A program made the translations under genes and the position numbers. Shown piece by piece: positions 1 through 12,695 of a stretch of 64,000 nucleotides of DNA. Source of the stretch: Selaginella moellendorffii (taxonomy: Eukaryota > Plantae > Lycopodiophyta); contig NW_003314281.1 in the NCBI RefSeq assembly GCF_000143415.4, forward strand, positions 670,833 to 734,832, read 5' to 3'. The notes below the pieces were generated by a model, which did no database searches, was not told the DNA's origin, and saw nothing but the letters and a program-made list of their open reading frames with translations. Numbering within the stretch: the stretch's first letter is position 1; each line of letters opens with the position of its first letter.

Positions 1-1564
1 CATTGGGTGCTATGTTTCTAGGCATTAACTTTGCTTTTAATATGGTCTTTATTCAATTGACCACCTCATAATTCACACAAATCAGGTGACTAATCTATGA
101 CTTGTGTTATGGTTAACTTCAAAAATGTTTTACAATGACATGTCATTTGGATATTCAAGAGCTTTGGCCTCTGGTTGGATCAAGCCCATTAAATTTAAGA
201 GCAAGAGTATTGATTAATTGAGGGATTGGAATGCTTGAAATCTGTAGTATAGGGGGATTGTAACTTAAATACATGAGCAAGCCATGCTAGAGGGGTGGGT
301 GTTGTGGCAGCATGTAAACAGTCAAATGCAATGGGATGTAATTGTCTCTTCACCGTACCTCATTTATATTTTTTATCATGCCACATTCAATTAATTCTAA
401 TAATCTTGTAGTTCAATCCAATTAGTCTTTGATTTCCTTGATTTGGGATTGATAAGATGATGTTTTATTTAATTATATATATAAAGAATAACATTTTTAC
501 TATTGAGCGAAAGTTAATTAACTTTCACAATGGAAGTAAAAAAAACATCCACTTCCTCCTTCCTTTTCACATGTTGAAGTAGTTTAAAAATGTTAAGTTT
601 GCCCAAAGATAATAGTTTTTTTGTGAATTTAATTAAAAATTCAAAATTAGTAAACAATTTAAAACTTAGAAATTCTTAATTGTCATTTAAATTGTTCATC
701 TTTTGAATTTAGTGTGCCTTTTATTTTTTCTTTTTATTTTCCTAGCCTCCTTAATTTTTATTTTAAATTCTAACTAACAATTTAAACCACCACTGCCTAA
801 AAAACAATAATGTTTCTTCTTTTTCTTGAAGAGATACCAAGAATTTCGCTAGACTAATTAATTTGTTTTTTCGGCAATTCATAAATTACAGACCTTACAG
901 AATATTTTTAAATATTTTAATTTTAATGTTAACATTGGGATTTTAGGAAAAAATGCTAGTCTAATTTAATATTTATTTTTGGTGTGAATAAATTAATATT
1001 AAATTAAAGTCTATAAAAATGGTGTGAACACTTTACTATTAAATTAATTAGTTCCAAGGATTTTATTTTGTATGTTGGCTTTTTGAATTAGTAATGAAGA
1101 ATTTTTAAAAAAAAATTTAATTTTATTAATTTTTTTATATAGTGTTTTTCGCTAAAACTTTAATATGCTGTATAGTAGATATATATTTTTTCTTAATGCT
1201 GATCATGAATTTTAAGGGAAAATAAAGAGATTGATCATTATAATTTTAAAATTCTCAAAATAAAAATAAAGTTTCTTATAGTCGGAATAAATATGGATAT
1301 ATATTGTTTTTGAAATTTTTTCTAGAGGAAATTTATTTAAAGTAACATTACTCAATTTTGGCATCAAACATTCAAAATGTGTTAAAAATAATTAATTGTG
1401 CTAAAGAAGTAATATTAAAATATAATTTTAAGATTTACATGGTTGTTATAACCTTTAATTAAGGTAAATATTTTTATTATTATTTAAGATGTTAATTTGT
1501 TTTAAAGGTTGAACATTTATAAAATTTATGTGTTTTGGGAAGTAAAAAAGAGGATTTGTGATCA

Positions 1565-1849
1565 ATCCTAAATGTGAATAAAATACATTAATGTGAATTA
1601 AGTATGAATAGGAATATATTAAACTAACTAATTGAATGGGTATATAAACCATTCATCATTAATTTAGGTGTTTTTAAAAAAATATTAAATGGTACTATTA
1701 ACTAATATCCTAAATGTGAATAAAATACATTAATGTGAATTAAGTATGAATATGAATAGATTAAACTAACTAATTGAATGGGTATATAAACCATTCATCA
1801 TTAATTTAGGTGTTTTTAAAAAAAATATTAAATGGTACTATTAACTAAT
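1565..1849. repeat. Tandem duplication of a ~142-bp AT-rich unit
   Basis: ATCCTAAATGTGAATAAAATACATT...GGTACTATTAACTAAT starts at 1565 and again at 1707 with few mismatches. Confidence 0.9.
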
Positions 1850-1877
1850 ATTGATGTGAAAACAATCTTTTGTAGCA

Positions 1878-2300
1878 TTGGGCCTGAAATGCCATAGCAT
1901 CCGCAACCCCTATGTGGGTGTGCTCAACCCAAAGCAACTTGGTGAAGTTGTCAACAAAATCAAGCTCCCAAAGTTCAAACTTAAACAGGGGGTGAAGATT
2001 ATCACCAATGAGAAGGCCACTAATGTGATTGCTTCTAGCTTGGATGATGCTGCCAACATCTGATTTAAATCACTGCCAACAGGAGAAGGTCAAAATTTTC
2101 TCTTTCGTTCTTTTTATTTATGGAGCTAGCTGAGATCCCTGACGTGGACAAGCTGGAAAGATCATTCCAGCCATTGTGACAACGGCACTAGTGACTGTGG
2201 AACAAGGTTTTCCAAGACAAGACGTTCACCAACTTGGCACTGCCGCTCTTCCCAATGGCCAAGCCAATTCCTCCCAAGTCGTTCAACCATGTCAAGGGGA
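1878..2300 (+). pseudogene. UBA1: Ubiquitin-activating enzyme E1 C-terminal fragments
   Basis: NPKQLGEVVNKIKLPKFKLKQGVKIITNEKATNVIASSLDDAA, then EIPDVDKL / GKIIPAIVTT / TFTNLALPLFPMAKPIPPK, match plant E1. Stops and frameshifts are present. Confidence 0.8.
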
Positions 2301-2409
2301 CCTCTCCTGGAGAGATTGACAGCCTACAGCATCTCGTGTGGCCAAAGCCTGCTCTACAACAGCTTGTTCCAGAGCAGCTCATTCGCCACAAGGCGCTGGA
2401 GGATCCACC

Positions 2410-2500
2410 TGTGGATGGATTCAGATACACCGGAGAGGCCTAATCTCCTTGTGGACATGTATGGTAAATGCGGCAGCTCCGCGGCACAAGGAGCGCATGT
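2410..2500 (+). pseudogene. PPR gene fragment
   Basis: NLLVDMYGKCGS is a typical PLS-PPR motif; here it is isolated. Confidence 0.55.
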
Positions 2501-3655
2501 CAGAGCTCGCAAAGGAGGTGGCGAAGCTGGTTCTATGGGCTAGAGGTGATTGTGATAGAAGAAAAACAAACAAGAGTAACAAATGTCTCTCAATGGTTTT
2601 CTGAATGGTGGTATTTACAGAGCAGATCACTCACCTAATTATAGATGCGTTGCCTCGCTTGAGCAGCCTGATTTGAATGGCAGGTCATCACAGGGAGAAA
2701 GAAGGCGGCGGTGGCACACCGCCACTAACATCAGTGCTGTACGTCGCCAAGACCTCAGTTAGGCCTGCTCCCTAGATCATCACGTTCAAAGATCAAAGAG
2801 ATTCTTGGCCGCCAGCACTGTGGAGATCATGCTCGACAAAATACCACCACCACCTCCAGGATTAGAATATCGCCGTGAATTGCGTTTCTTGAAGTTGCAA
2901 TGTGCGCCCTTCGAGTGATGATCATCTGCTGGTTGCTCGATGGAAAAGGCGCATAGTCCTTCCTCCCTAGTCGTGTTGCTCCACCGAATTCTGTTCAGCT
3001 GCCTCGTCCTACAATACTGCGAACAAAACATGTTTTTGATCTATGTCCTTGCAACGGTCATGATCATAGGATCACTGCACTGGCATCATTCTCGAAGCTC
3101 ACGCAGCTTCTCATCGCTAGCAGCTGCTTCGTTTCCATCACTATCTCCTCGTAGTGGATGACGGGCTTGGCCAGGCACTCGGCCTCCATGAGCAGCTCTT
3201 TTGCTGCTGGTGTCCATGCGCATCGGAGCGCTGCTGGGCGTCCGCCCCAATCACCGTCCCGAGGATGTAATCTGCAGCTTGCTGCCGCCCACCATGGGAT
3301 CCCTGGGACTATCAAACACTCCTCCTTCCCTGGACGACAGAGCGCGAGATAAGAACGCAGACATAGGTGCATCGATCAGGAACTGAGGCAGAACTTCGTG
3401 TTGCTCAAGCGGTAGAGTCGCCTAGCGAGTGTTGGACGTCTGGATCAACACGTAGTGAATATGGAAAACACACGCTGTTTATAGTAAGACTACTTTTGGG
3501 CAACGTAGCGAGCGAGTGGCAGGGAAAAAAACTTATTTGCCAATGGAAGTGAGAGGCAGACAACAGACACGCTCAAAGTGCACGACTTTCGACGTGGGAT
3601 GGTCTTCACCTGCTTCAGTTTGTCTGATAGAAGCTGTTGACTCAAGTGAAAAAAA

Positions 3656-3910
3656 ATGAGTTTGTCACAGTACCTGGCCAACCTCGCGATGTCAAATTGG
3701 ATGCCAGAACATGAATCTGTCGTACGAGCTGCGACGCATGGTTCCATCAATTCTTGGCGCGCCAACAATCATCTTTGGAGCGGATGTCTCTCATCCCATG
3801 GCCCGCAAAGTCCCTCCATCGTGGCGAGCATGGACTGGCCATCGGCGGTCAAGTATCTCGCTTGGGCGAAGGATCGAGCACCAGCAAGGAGATGGTGGTC
3901 GAGCTCATGA
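3656..3910 (+). pseudogene. AGO: Argonaute MID/PIWI fragment
   Basis: QYLANLAM, PTIIFGADVSHP and SPSIVASMDWPSAVKY are split over two frames. Confidence 0.85.
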
Positions 3911-4219
3911 GGTAACACCCGACTTACGACATCCAATATGCTGGAGAGTTTGTCTTCTACCTTTGCACTACCGCTTGACAAGAATGGCTTCAAGATCGAG
4001 CAGCCCCATTTCCAAGCACTCTAGAAAAGGATGCCGCATCACTTTTTGGTTTGATCCAAGCTGCCAGACATGTTTGAAACTATGCGATTCAGCGGGAACA
4101 AGTACATGAAGAGTCTTTTAGCTAGCTAGACTAGGAAATAATCGTTACCGTCGGTTGTCGGACGCATCTGAGCCCTTGAATCCTTGTATAAGAAAGGGAA
4201 TAGAGAAAAGGAGGTAGGG

Positions 4220-4534
4220 ATGGATACGAAGGAGACGACTCGCGTCACGGGACCGGATGAGTATGGTCTGATTCAGGCGTTTACACCTGTGGATTGGAAC
4301 GGGCAGAAGCGAATCCTCCAAGCGCTCTACGTCGTCGAAGATGGCTTCCTTGAGGCTGCTGCGAAAGTGGACAAGTGGACTCCAGCCGTGATCGAGGACG
4401 CAGTGCAGCGGAGAATGATCACGGATTATGGGGTTGCCAATGTCGCCGAGGATGATCTTGTGGAGCCGATTAGGATCTACGAAGTGAGAGAGAGGATGAT
4501 CAAGAAAGGGGTGCTCCCAGCAGAGTATCAGTAG
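4220..4534 (+). CDS. Small protein of unknown function, paralog A
   Basis: Intact ORF from the ATG at 4220; collinear protein-level similarity to 7050-7436 (TGP..YG.IQ.F.P.DWNG.KR.LQ..YV...LEAAAKV.KWTPA.IE.A). Confidence 0.6.
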   Translation: MDTKETTRVTGPDEYGLIQAFTPVDWNGQKRILQALYVVEDGFLEAAAKVDKWTPAVIEDAVQRRMITDYGVANVAEDDLVEPIRIYEVRERMIKKGVLPAEYQ

Positions 4535-4599
4535 AATGTCTATAATCAAATAATCCCTGCGCCTTGGCGGCAGAATCCCAGGGAGAATGCTTCTTCTCC

Positions 4600-6910
4600 T
4601 TCTTCCTCGCCATTGCAGCAGGGTTTTTACTTCAAGTTCTTTCAAGTTCTTAGATTGAGCGAGGACATGGCGGTAAGCTTGGCGGTGAGGATTTTCTAAC
4701 ATACAGTCGTAGACAAATGCCAATTGTTAACAAGCACTCCAGGCTTCAGCTCCCTTTCACAGTAATTTCTTCCAATGGTAAACCAATATTGAAGTTCCAC
4801 TTTCTACAAAAGCAACTCACAACTTTCAAACTAATGGCGAAATTCTTTCTGCCTGCGGCCCAGTTTTCCCAGGCAGGCATTCGCTGAAATACCTTCTCTC
4901 GAGGTCCTCAGAGGTAGAGGCTCACGAGCTCAGCGCTATGAGAATACCTGGCAATGTTCTCTGTCAGTGTTAGTGCTCGCTCTAAGTTGATGAGCTTTTT
5001 ACCTCTTTGTATCCCTCCACATAAGGTTGTTGATAGCCTGTGAACCCCCCATGCCGAATAGAGCTGATGCCTCTCACTCCTGCTCGCATAGGCGCCTATG
5101 TTGATGTAAATCTTATCTCTTTGCTGCTGTATAAGCTCCTTTGCAGCCCTTCGAGACTTAGCACTCTTGTCGATGTTCTGCAACGCGTGGATCTCCCAGG
5201 CGATGCACGGTGCCTCTTTTGTAGAAAGCTGAAAGAAAAGAAGCATAAGTTTTGTAGCGCCTGGTGTATACGGGATTCACATACCTCAGATGAAGAGCTG
5301 ACCGCAGTGAGCATCTTAAACCTCAAGGAACGGGTCAGTAGATCGACGTCTTGCTCCTCCCACACTGCACAGAGCCTCTTCAAGGACGATGTCAAGCGAT
5401 TGTCGCTAGAGTGACAAGTGCATGTGGCGCCAAAACTAGAGTTGCCTGTCCGGGACTCCTCGGTTCTTAATGCTTGCAGCTGGAGGTGGCACTGGCGTTG
5501 GTTCCGAGGAATCCAGTGACTCTTCCAGACCTCCAACTTTGTCAAAAAGCTTCTCCAGCAGGATGTTCTCGCAGGAGAACAAGGCCTTGACGTACTCTAT
5601 CGAAGCCGACAGGTTTGGTATCTCGAGCAAAAAGTCTGCAAGACTTAGCTTCGCAGTGTGCTTGGCGAGTTCGTCTTCTTCTTGCTCCGTCTGTCGCGGT
5701 GGAGTGGCCGCCCCAGCTCGGACATCAATTTCTTCTCCGCACCCGAGGAAAGAGAGGACTCCGGTCTTTCCAGCTGCTCAAGCCGCGTAAAAGTTGCATC
5801 GAAATCAAGCGAGGCAGAAGTTTTGCGCTTTGGAGTGGAAATCCCAGTCTCAGCACCAGTCTCAGGAACGTTCTCAGCAGAGACTTGCATAGCTCGGCTG
5901 TCTGGATTCATAACCGGCGTGGTGTAATCAGCCTGCTCTGGAACTGGAGAGAACTCAAAAGCTTTCATCGTTTCTTCGGTCGACACACTCCGACAGCTCC
6001 AGTGGCAGTAGCCGAGCCAACTCCGTAAGAATCTGTGGAAGAAATGTCCGTGAAAGGGAGTCTTCGTACTTGAAGCCTGGCGTGCTTGACAATCGGCAAT
6101 CGTCTTTCCGCAGCTAGGACTTTCAAACCTGTAGATGGAGAAACTTTTAGAAAATCCTTGGCAAAGAGAGATGAAAGGGAGCCTCACCGTGCTTCAGCTT
6201 GCATTCTATTCGTTTGTCCAGATTCGTAAACTTGGAAGTTGATGGATAGATCTTACATTCGGGTCTCGCAGGCGACGGAAAGGGAGAGACGTGCTTGTGA
6301 TTGTCTTCCAGGTGCCTGCAAACCTTGCTCCAGTAATACGTTGTCTTCTCTCTTTGAGGACCTTGAGGACAACCTACAGTCTCAAAGAGGAAAAACGAAC
6401 CCTCAGCAAAAGCTGCTACGTTCCATCCATCACACATCGTACCTTTGTGAATCTTAGCTAGAATTTCCCAGTCATGTTGTGTTAGAGCTTCCGAGCAGTA
6501 CCTCATCCAATATGCCACCACTGTGTTCTCCGCGTGCTCTAAATCTCTGGACTAACTACTGTCAGAAACCAACGAAGAAAATAGAGAACGAAGAAAGAGA
6601 AGAACCATACCGGCAGCGTAGCCAGGATGGCTCCAGGCATCGACATGGTAGTGCTCGGAGATCTGGAGAGGCCCAATGCTAGCACCACCGTCTCCATCGG
6701 GACAGTATTGCTCGACTCAAGGAGGGGACGAAGCTATGCTCGATAAGCTCGCATCGCGTCCTCCACACCGCTTCATCTTCCGCGACATTATGACGCTCTT
6801 GCGGACATAGCTCGCCTGCTGCTGCTGCTGCTGATTGCCCGTCTCTTCTTCTTCTGCGATGACGACGTCCTGGCCGGCAGCGCGACCCCATTCTCGGACA
6901 CGCCCGGCAT
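4600..6910 (-). pseudogene. Multi-exon decayed gene with an N-terminal i-type lysozyme/destabilase-like domain; remainder unidentified
   Basis: LESSN, PDGDGGASIGPLQISEHYHVDAW, CRDLEHAENTVVAYWMRY, DWEILAKIHKG-CPQGPQREKTTYYWSKV, with GT-AG introns and frameshifts. Boundaries are approximate. Confidence 0.65.
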
Positions 6911-7049
6911 GGAGAAAGATGAATTTAACCTAACACTCGCCCTAAAATCTCGCCTAAATTGTACGAAATAATCATCACCGTCGGTTCTGTGACCCATCTG
7001 AGCCCTTGAATCCTTGCAATAGGGCGAAGGGTAGGGTCAAAGCAGAAGG

Positions 7050-7436
7050 ATGGAAAGGACGGAAAGGATTGATGAGCTCCGAGACGCCATGGCTGAGCTT
7101 TCCAGGTCTGGTGAGAAGGTTAGCATCACGGGGCCGGGTCCGTATGGTGTGATCCAGACGTTTTCACCTCTGGATTGGAACGGGGAGAAGCGATTCCTCC
7201 AAACGATGTACGTGATCGACGATGACTGCCTTGAGGCTGCTGCCAAAGTGGAGAAGTGGACTCCAGCCGCGATCGAGGAGGCAATGGAGAAGGGAATGTT
7301 CATGGATTGTGGGACTGCCAATGTTACCCAGGACGATCCTGTGGACCCGTTTATCATTCACGAGGTGAAAGAGAGGATGATCGGAAGAGGGGAGCTCCCA
7401 GCAGACTTCTGGGACAATCTTGAATGTAACAAGTAA
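7050..7436 (+). CDS. Small protein of unknown function, paralog B
   Basis: 128-aa ATG ORF paralogous to 4220-4534, with a shared upstream motif. Confidence 0.65.
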   Translation: MERTERIDELRDAMAELSRSGEKVSITGPGPYGVIQTFSPLDWNGEKRFLQTMYVIDDDCLEAAAKVEKWTPAAIEEAMEKGMFMDCGTANVTQDDPVDPFIIHEVKERMIGRGELPADFWDNLECNK

Positions 7437-8629
7437 ATGAAAATCTGTCTGAAATCGATTCAACTCTTGGTTTTTGTGCTTGTGTGTCCAAGGGAGTGGA
7501 AGATCTGTTGTTGGCGAGAAAGCGTTTCATGGTTGGCATAGTAGTCTCTTGGTTCACGAGATCTCAGCGTGAGGACCTCTCTCGAAACCATGAATCGAAT
7601 TTCACGAGTATTCCCTGTGGATATGTCTCTGCCATGCTGAAGGATGGCCACCTGAGCTGCAAGAGCACCATCGTCGTCGGCATATCACCTGCTTGAAATA
7701 CCATTTTGCACCAGTTCTTGTTTAAGCTTGCTTCGATGATTGTGCCACTGGCCTCACGATGAGGATTGGATCGTTAGTCTTGCATCTAGCAGGGAAGCAA
7801 GAAAAATATGAGCTCCAACCTAGATTACTGCACTGTACCTCATCTCCAGTGACGATCGTGGTGGACCTCCTGCTCCAGTGTCGAGAGCTGCTGTCACTCC
7901 TGGTGTTGCCTCATCACTCCTTGTCGAAGAAGAATGAGCGGAAGAAAAAAGAGGTGTAGCGCTCGGTTCCACCAACGTTTTCGTCCTGCTGGACCTTGTG
8001 TCTCCACGATTCCCATCTGCTGGAAATTGTGCTTTGCTCCACAGGACCAGCTGCCGCACCGATGGAAGATACGAGCAACTAATATTCCCGATAGCGCTGT
8101 AGCAGCTAGTCTCATCGGGGAGCAACTCTGACCAATCCCGCTGGATAATACCGCGAGGGTAGTTCAGCAACAAGTCTAGCCAGCATGCTCTGAGCATAGC
8201 TACAGCTGGAGCTGGAATTCTTGGAGAAGCTTTGAGCCGGAAATATCCCGCATACAGCTTTCCACTTTCTGGACAAGCTCAGCGTTCAACCTTACGAAGA
8301 GGTAAAAGCTCATCATTTGAGAATGAGCACTAACTGAATAAGTTCTCAGGTGTGGATACGATTGCATGGTACCTCTTTGTATACTGTCCAAGTCTCCTAC
8401 ATTCCAAAGCACTTGTTCCAGTGAATTCATTGACTCTTTTCAGTCCCCCAACTTTGTCACAAAGTTCCAAACTTGTACACCTAATCTCTTGTAAAAAAGT
8501 GCTAAAGAAATTGAAACAAAAAAACAATGTACCATTTATTAGCATTTGGCAAAATAGGCATAATTCCCTATAAACATTTATCATGTGAAGGTTTAAGAAT
8601 TTATATGTTAATGTTCCTTTTACTTCCCT

Positions 8630-9900
8630 TTAACACTTCAATTGTATATATCATAACTTGTTGTAAGGGGTGTTAAAAATTTGATATTTCCACTTCAATT
8701 GCACCTATCATAATTTGTTGAAAGATGTTAAAAACTTGATATTTTTGAAACAACCATGAAGCTAAAATGTAAAATTAGTAAAAAGAAAATAATTTTGAAA
8801 TTCTTACATATTAGACATTTACTTTTCTTGCAAATTTTTCCTTTGTTCTTCTATGTTTAAAACTGTTATTAGAAGTCTTGAAGCTGTTATATCAATTTAT
8901 TTTTTTAACAAATTTCAATAAATTTATCCACCACTGCTAAAGTGTCCATAAGTTTGTTTTGATACCTACTATGCCCCTGTTTTATCCTCTCTTGCAAAGT
9001 ACAATTATAGGCATTTCTCAACTATCAAAAGGATGTTAAAATAAATGTTAGCAATGATAAAATAAAACACAATAAAAAAGTTTACCATCACAACTTATGA
9101 GAATTATGTTTATATCAACTCCATTGTTAAACTTGCACAATACTTTTGACACTATTATCTTGGCAAAAGACATAATAACAATAAAATTTATAATTACCTT
9201 CAACTAATAATTTCGTATATAGATTCATATGGCACTTTTAGTAAAATTTTAAATATTCTAGAATAAATTATATATTAGTTTAAGAATAAAAACATTATAA
9301 AAACTGTATTAAAATTAAAAAGCTAAAGTAAAAAAATAAATATATTAAATTTAGATATAGTTAATTTATATAATATTTATATGGAGTTTCTTTTGTTATT
9401 TTAATAAATATACTTCAAGAATAGCCGACTTGTTTTCAAAGAGTTGCAAAAGTTTACAATGAACAGTATTACTATAAATGTTTGCATTTAGGCTAGCAAA
9501 ACTTTTATTTAAAATTGCTGAAAAAATTGAAACAAAAAATATAATATACAATTTATAAACTTTATACAAAATTCCATAGTTTTTCACTAATGAATATCTT
9601 GTGAAAGTTTAACAACTCATATGTCAATTTTCCCTCCACTCTTCTTTAACATTTCAATTACATCTATCATAATTTGTTGCAAAATGTTAAAAACTTTATA
9701 TTTCACGAGCAAACATAATTTTTCAACAAAGCTAAAATGTAAAATTAGTAAAAAAAAAGAATATATGATTTTCTTGCAATTTTTTTCTTTCTCATTTTAT
9801 ATTTAACATTGTTATTCTTGATTGAGGAAATCTCAATTTTTTTTTAAAATTTTTTTTTAACACTATTATCATAATGTCTATAAGTTTGATTTAATAGCTT
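8630..9900. repeat. AT-rich degenerate direct repeats, probably TE-derived
   Basis: TTCAATT..ATCATAATTTGTTG...TGTTAAAAACTT and AAGCTAAAATGTAAAATTAGTAAAAA recur at ~8630-8790 and ~9650-9760. Confidence 0.6.
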
Positions 9901-10057
9901 TCATATCCTTGACTCTATAATATTTTATTTATTACTAGTTTTCTTCTATAACAAGTTTATTGGGATGTGTTGTTTGAAATACAACATTTTTTACCATTAA
10001 TGAAAAGTTCAAAGACAAAAAAAATTTAAAAAACTATACGACATTAAAATTTAAAAA

Positions 10058-10060
<3 letters not shown>

Positions 10061-10126
<66 letters not shown>
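10061..10126. repeat. (AT)n microsatellite
   Basis: Perfect AT run. Confidence 0.98.
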
Positions 10127-10129
<3 letters not shown>

Positions 10130-11310
10130 AATATATATATAAAATGAGAGGATGTAATATATGTTAATTTTCTTTTTAGTTTATATTTTAATGTTTGATT
10201 CTTCTTTTCACTCTATGTTGTTTTCTAAAAACACTGTTACAACTAAGGAAATAAATACAAACGTGTCACATTATGAGCCTGAGATTTTTGCAAAACCTAG
10301 CAAATTCATTAAAAAAGATTTTTTTAGTAAATGCTATTTTATTTTGTGGTCTTTTCACATATTTTTTTATACTTGTTTTTTACAACAAGCTTAGTAGGAT
10401 ATATTGTGGGAGACACAACATTACTTGTTGCGGGCCAAAAGTTCACAGTAAAAAACCAACAAAATCAAAATTTATGATTTAAAAATCAGAAAAACTAATG
10501 ACAAAAATAAGTTATAAATGTATGTTTAAAATGTTTTATAAACTTTTTTTTTGCAAGAAATATCATAAAAATTTGGTGCATTTATAACAAATTGTGAAAA
10601 ACATATGAATAATATTTATAAGAAGTTTGAGTTAAAACACTTTTTATAACTTAGAAATAATACTGAATTTAAAAAGATTATATACAAAATTTAATTAATT
10701 TTTATCTTTTAATTTTTATATATGTTACTTTTGAATTTAAATTCAAAATTATTATAAAAAGTTTTAAACCTTAAGAAAATTTCAAGCAGAGCAGACTCTC
10801 AAAACTTTTTTACATTATTCAAGTTAAATTTTCTAAGTTAACACAAAATAAACAGTTTTTAGACAGAAACTAGAAAGAAAGAGTAAGAAAAAAAAAGAGG
10901 AAATAAAACAAAGAGTGCTTGCTTGCTTGCTTTTAGCTAACCAGCTCAGTCCCTCTCAGGCTTGTAAAAGAGTGAAGGCGATCTCTCACGAGAATGCCCA
11001 CGAAAAAGCCCAGAGAATAGCATAGAAGGCTGCTCGCAGAGGGTGGAATGCAAACTTAGCAACAGCGGTGCTACCAAGATTTGCAAGAAAAAAATACCCC
11101 GGAGCAACAGCATCTAGCTACAAAAACTGGTACACTTGGATGGAACCACCAAGCCTAAGGAGCTAGAAAAAGAAGAAGCAGCTCGCACGCCCCCTAAAAA
11201 ACAAACCAAAAGGAGAGGAACTAGATGATCACTGACCAGCGTCATGGTGTCTTGAGGCCGAGCGTCATGACCGTGGCCAGATTATTCCTTAGCCGCCTCC
11301 AAACCGGTGC

Positions 11311-12695
11311 TTAAAAGGTGACCGTCTTGAGAAAATCCCGAAGGGCTCGCACCAGTTCCTCGGGTGCCAGATGAAACTCCTCCTCCATCTGTGCATAAAA
11401 AAATAACTTTGGATCGGTACGAGAAAAACAAAACGAGAAGGTACCTGTGCGGTGAAAGTGAAGTCGTGAACAGTGTCCGAGAAGGACAGTGCGCTGGCGT
11501 TGATCACCAGCAAGTTTAGCTTCTCCAGCTCTCCCAGGCACTTGACCAAGAGGCCCTTGCGCTTCTCGCAGTGAACTCTCACCAGGACGTTCTTCCCCAT
11601 GTAGCGGGCTTCGATCTCCGGAGGACAAAAGTCGTCGTCCGACACGCTCCCGTATTTGTCCTCCTGCTTACTGCCGCCGTGCATTGGAACAGACTTCTTG
11701 CAGTAGGCAACGGACTGGACGCCTTTCCTGGAGACGTGCTCCTCAAGAGACTTCAGCCTTTCTTGCAGTTGCTTGACATACTTGATCGCGTCGCCAAGAA
11801 CCGAGGCCTTGTCCATCTAGAGGAAACATATTCCATCACGTCAAAAAAGCACGACCCATTTTAAAACACAGAGCAAGTGATAGCGTACCTTTTTCAATCC
11901 CGGAACAATGGCGGAGAGTGCGATGAAACGTTGACTGAGCTTCTCTCTCCGCTTCCGTTCGGCCATGATGTGATCCAGCGTGTGCCCGGATGTCTTTCCC
12001 TGTGGGGACGACATCTTGGCGGCACTTGGAGCTTCCTGCTTGATCGCCATGGGACTGGAGAGCTTCTCCACGGATGCCGCCGAGGAGAGCGTGTCCATGA
12101 CTCGGTTGTAGTCCAGGAAAGAGTTCTCCTGAACCACTGAGCCTGGCGAGCCGCCGACCTCGACCTGGATCGTAGGAGTCTGTGGTGCCACCGTCTCGTA
12201 GCCCTCGTCTTGTAGCATTGGGAGATAAGATCCCAGACCTGGAAACCTCTTGTGCTGATACTGGAACCGGCCGCCAGTCTTCATGTTCTTCGAGTCTTGC
12301 AAATAGAGAGGAGGACCGCCGTGTGAGAAGCCTTGGTACTGTTGCTGCTGTTCCCAAGCATTCGACTTTACCATCTTGGCTGGTCGCTCGTAGCAAAGGT
12401 AGTCGTCCACAGTGATATCGGACCTCTGGCGAACACCCAGCTGGGCTCGAGCGAGAGACTCCCCAACTTTGTACTCGATTCCTCCAACCTCGTTGTTGCC
12501 ACCACCACTTTGCCATCCCATGAGAGCGGCCAGATGCTCCGAGGCTGGAGCCGAGAGAGTCACAAGGTTAGGATCTTCCATGCCCTGCAGCAAAACAAAG
12601 AGATCCGTGAGCAAAGAAGAGCAAACGAAAGAACTCCAGACCATTTCCGAGAGCCATTGCACTGGGCAAGTGGCTGGCGAGCGTAGAACCTCCAT
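11311..12695 (-). CDS. bHLH transcription factor (subgroup IVa, bHLH18/25-like) with ACT-like C-terminus; 4 exons
   Basis: DHIMAERKRREKLSQRFIALSAIVPGLKK|MDKASVLGDAIKYVKQLQE; PEIEAR...VLVRVHCEK; GT-AG introns. Confidence 0.92.

Noticed and set aside
4090-4135. CTAG cluster as a Helitron 3' end
   Set aside because: No convincing GC-rich hairpin just upstream.
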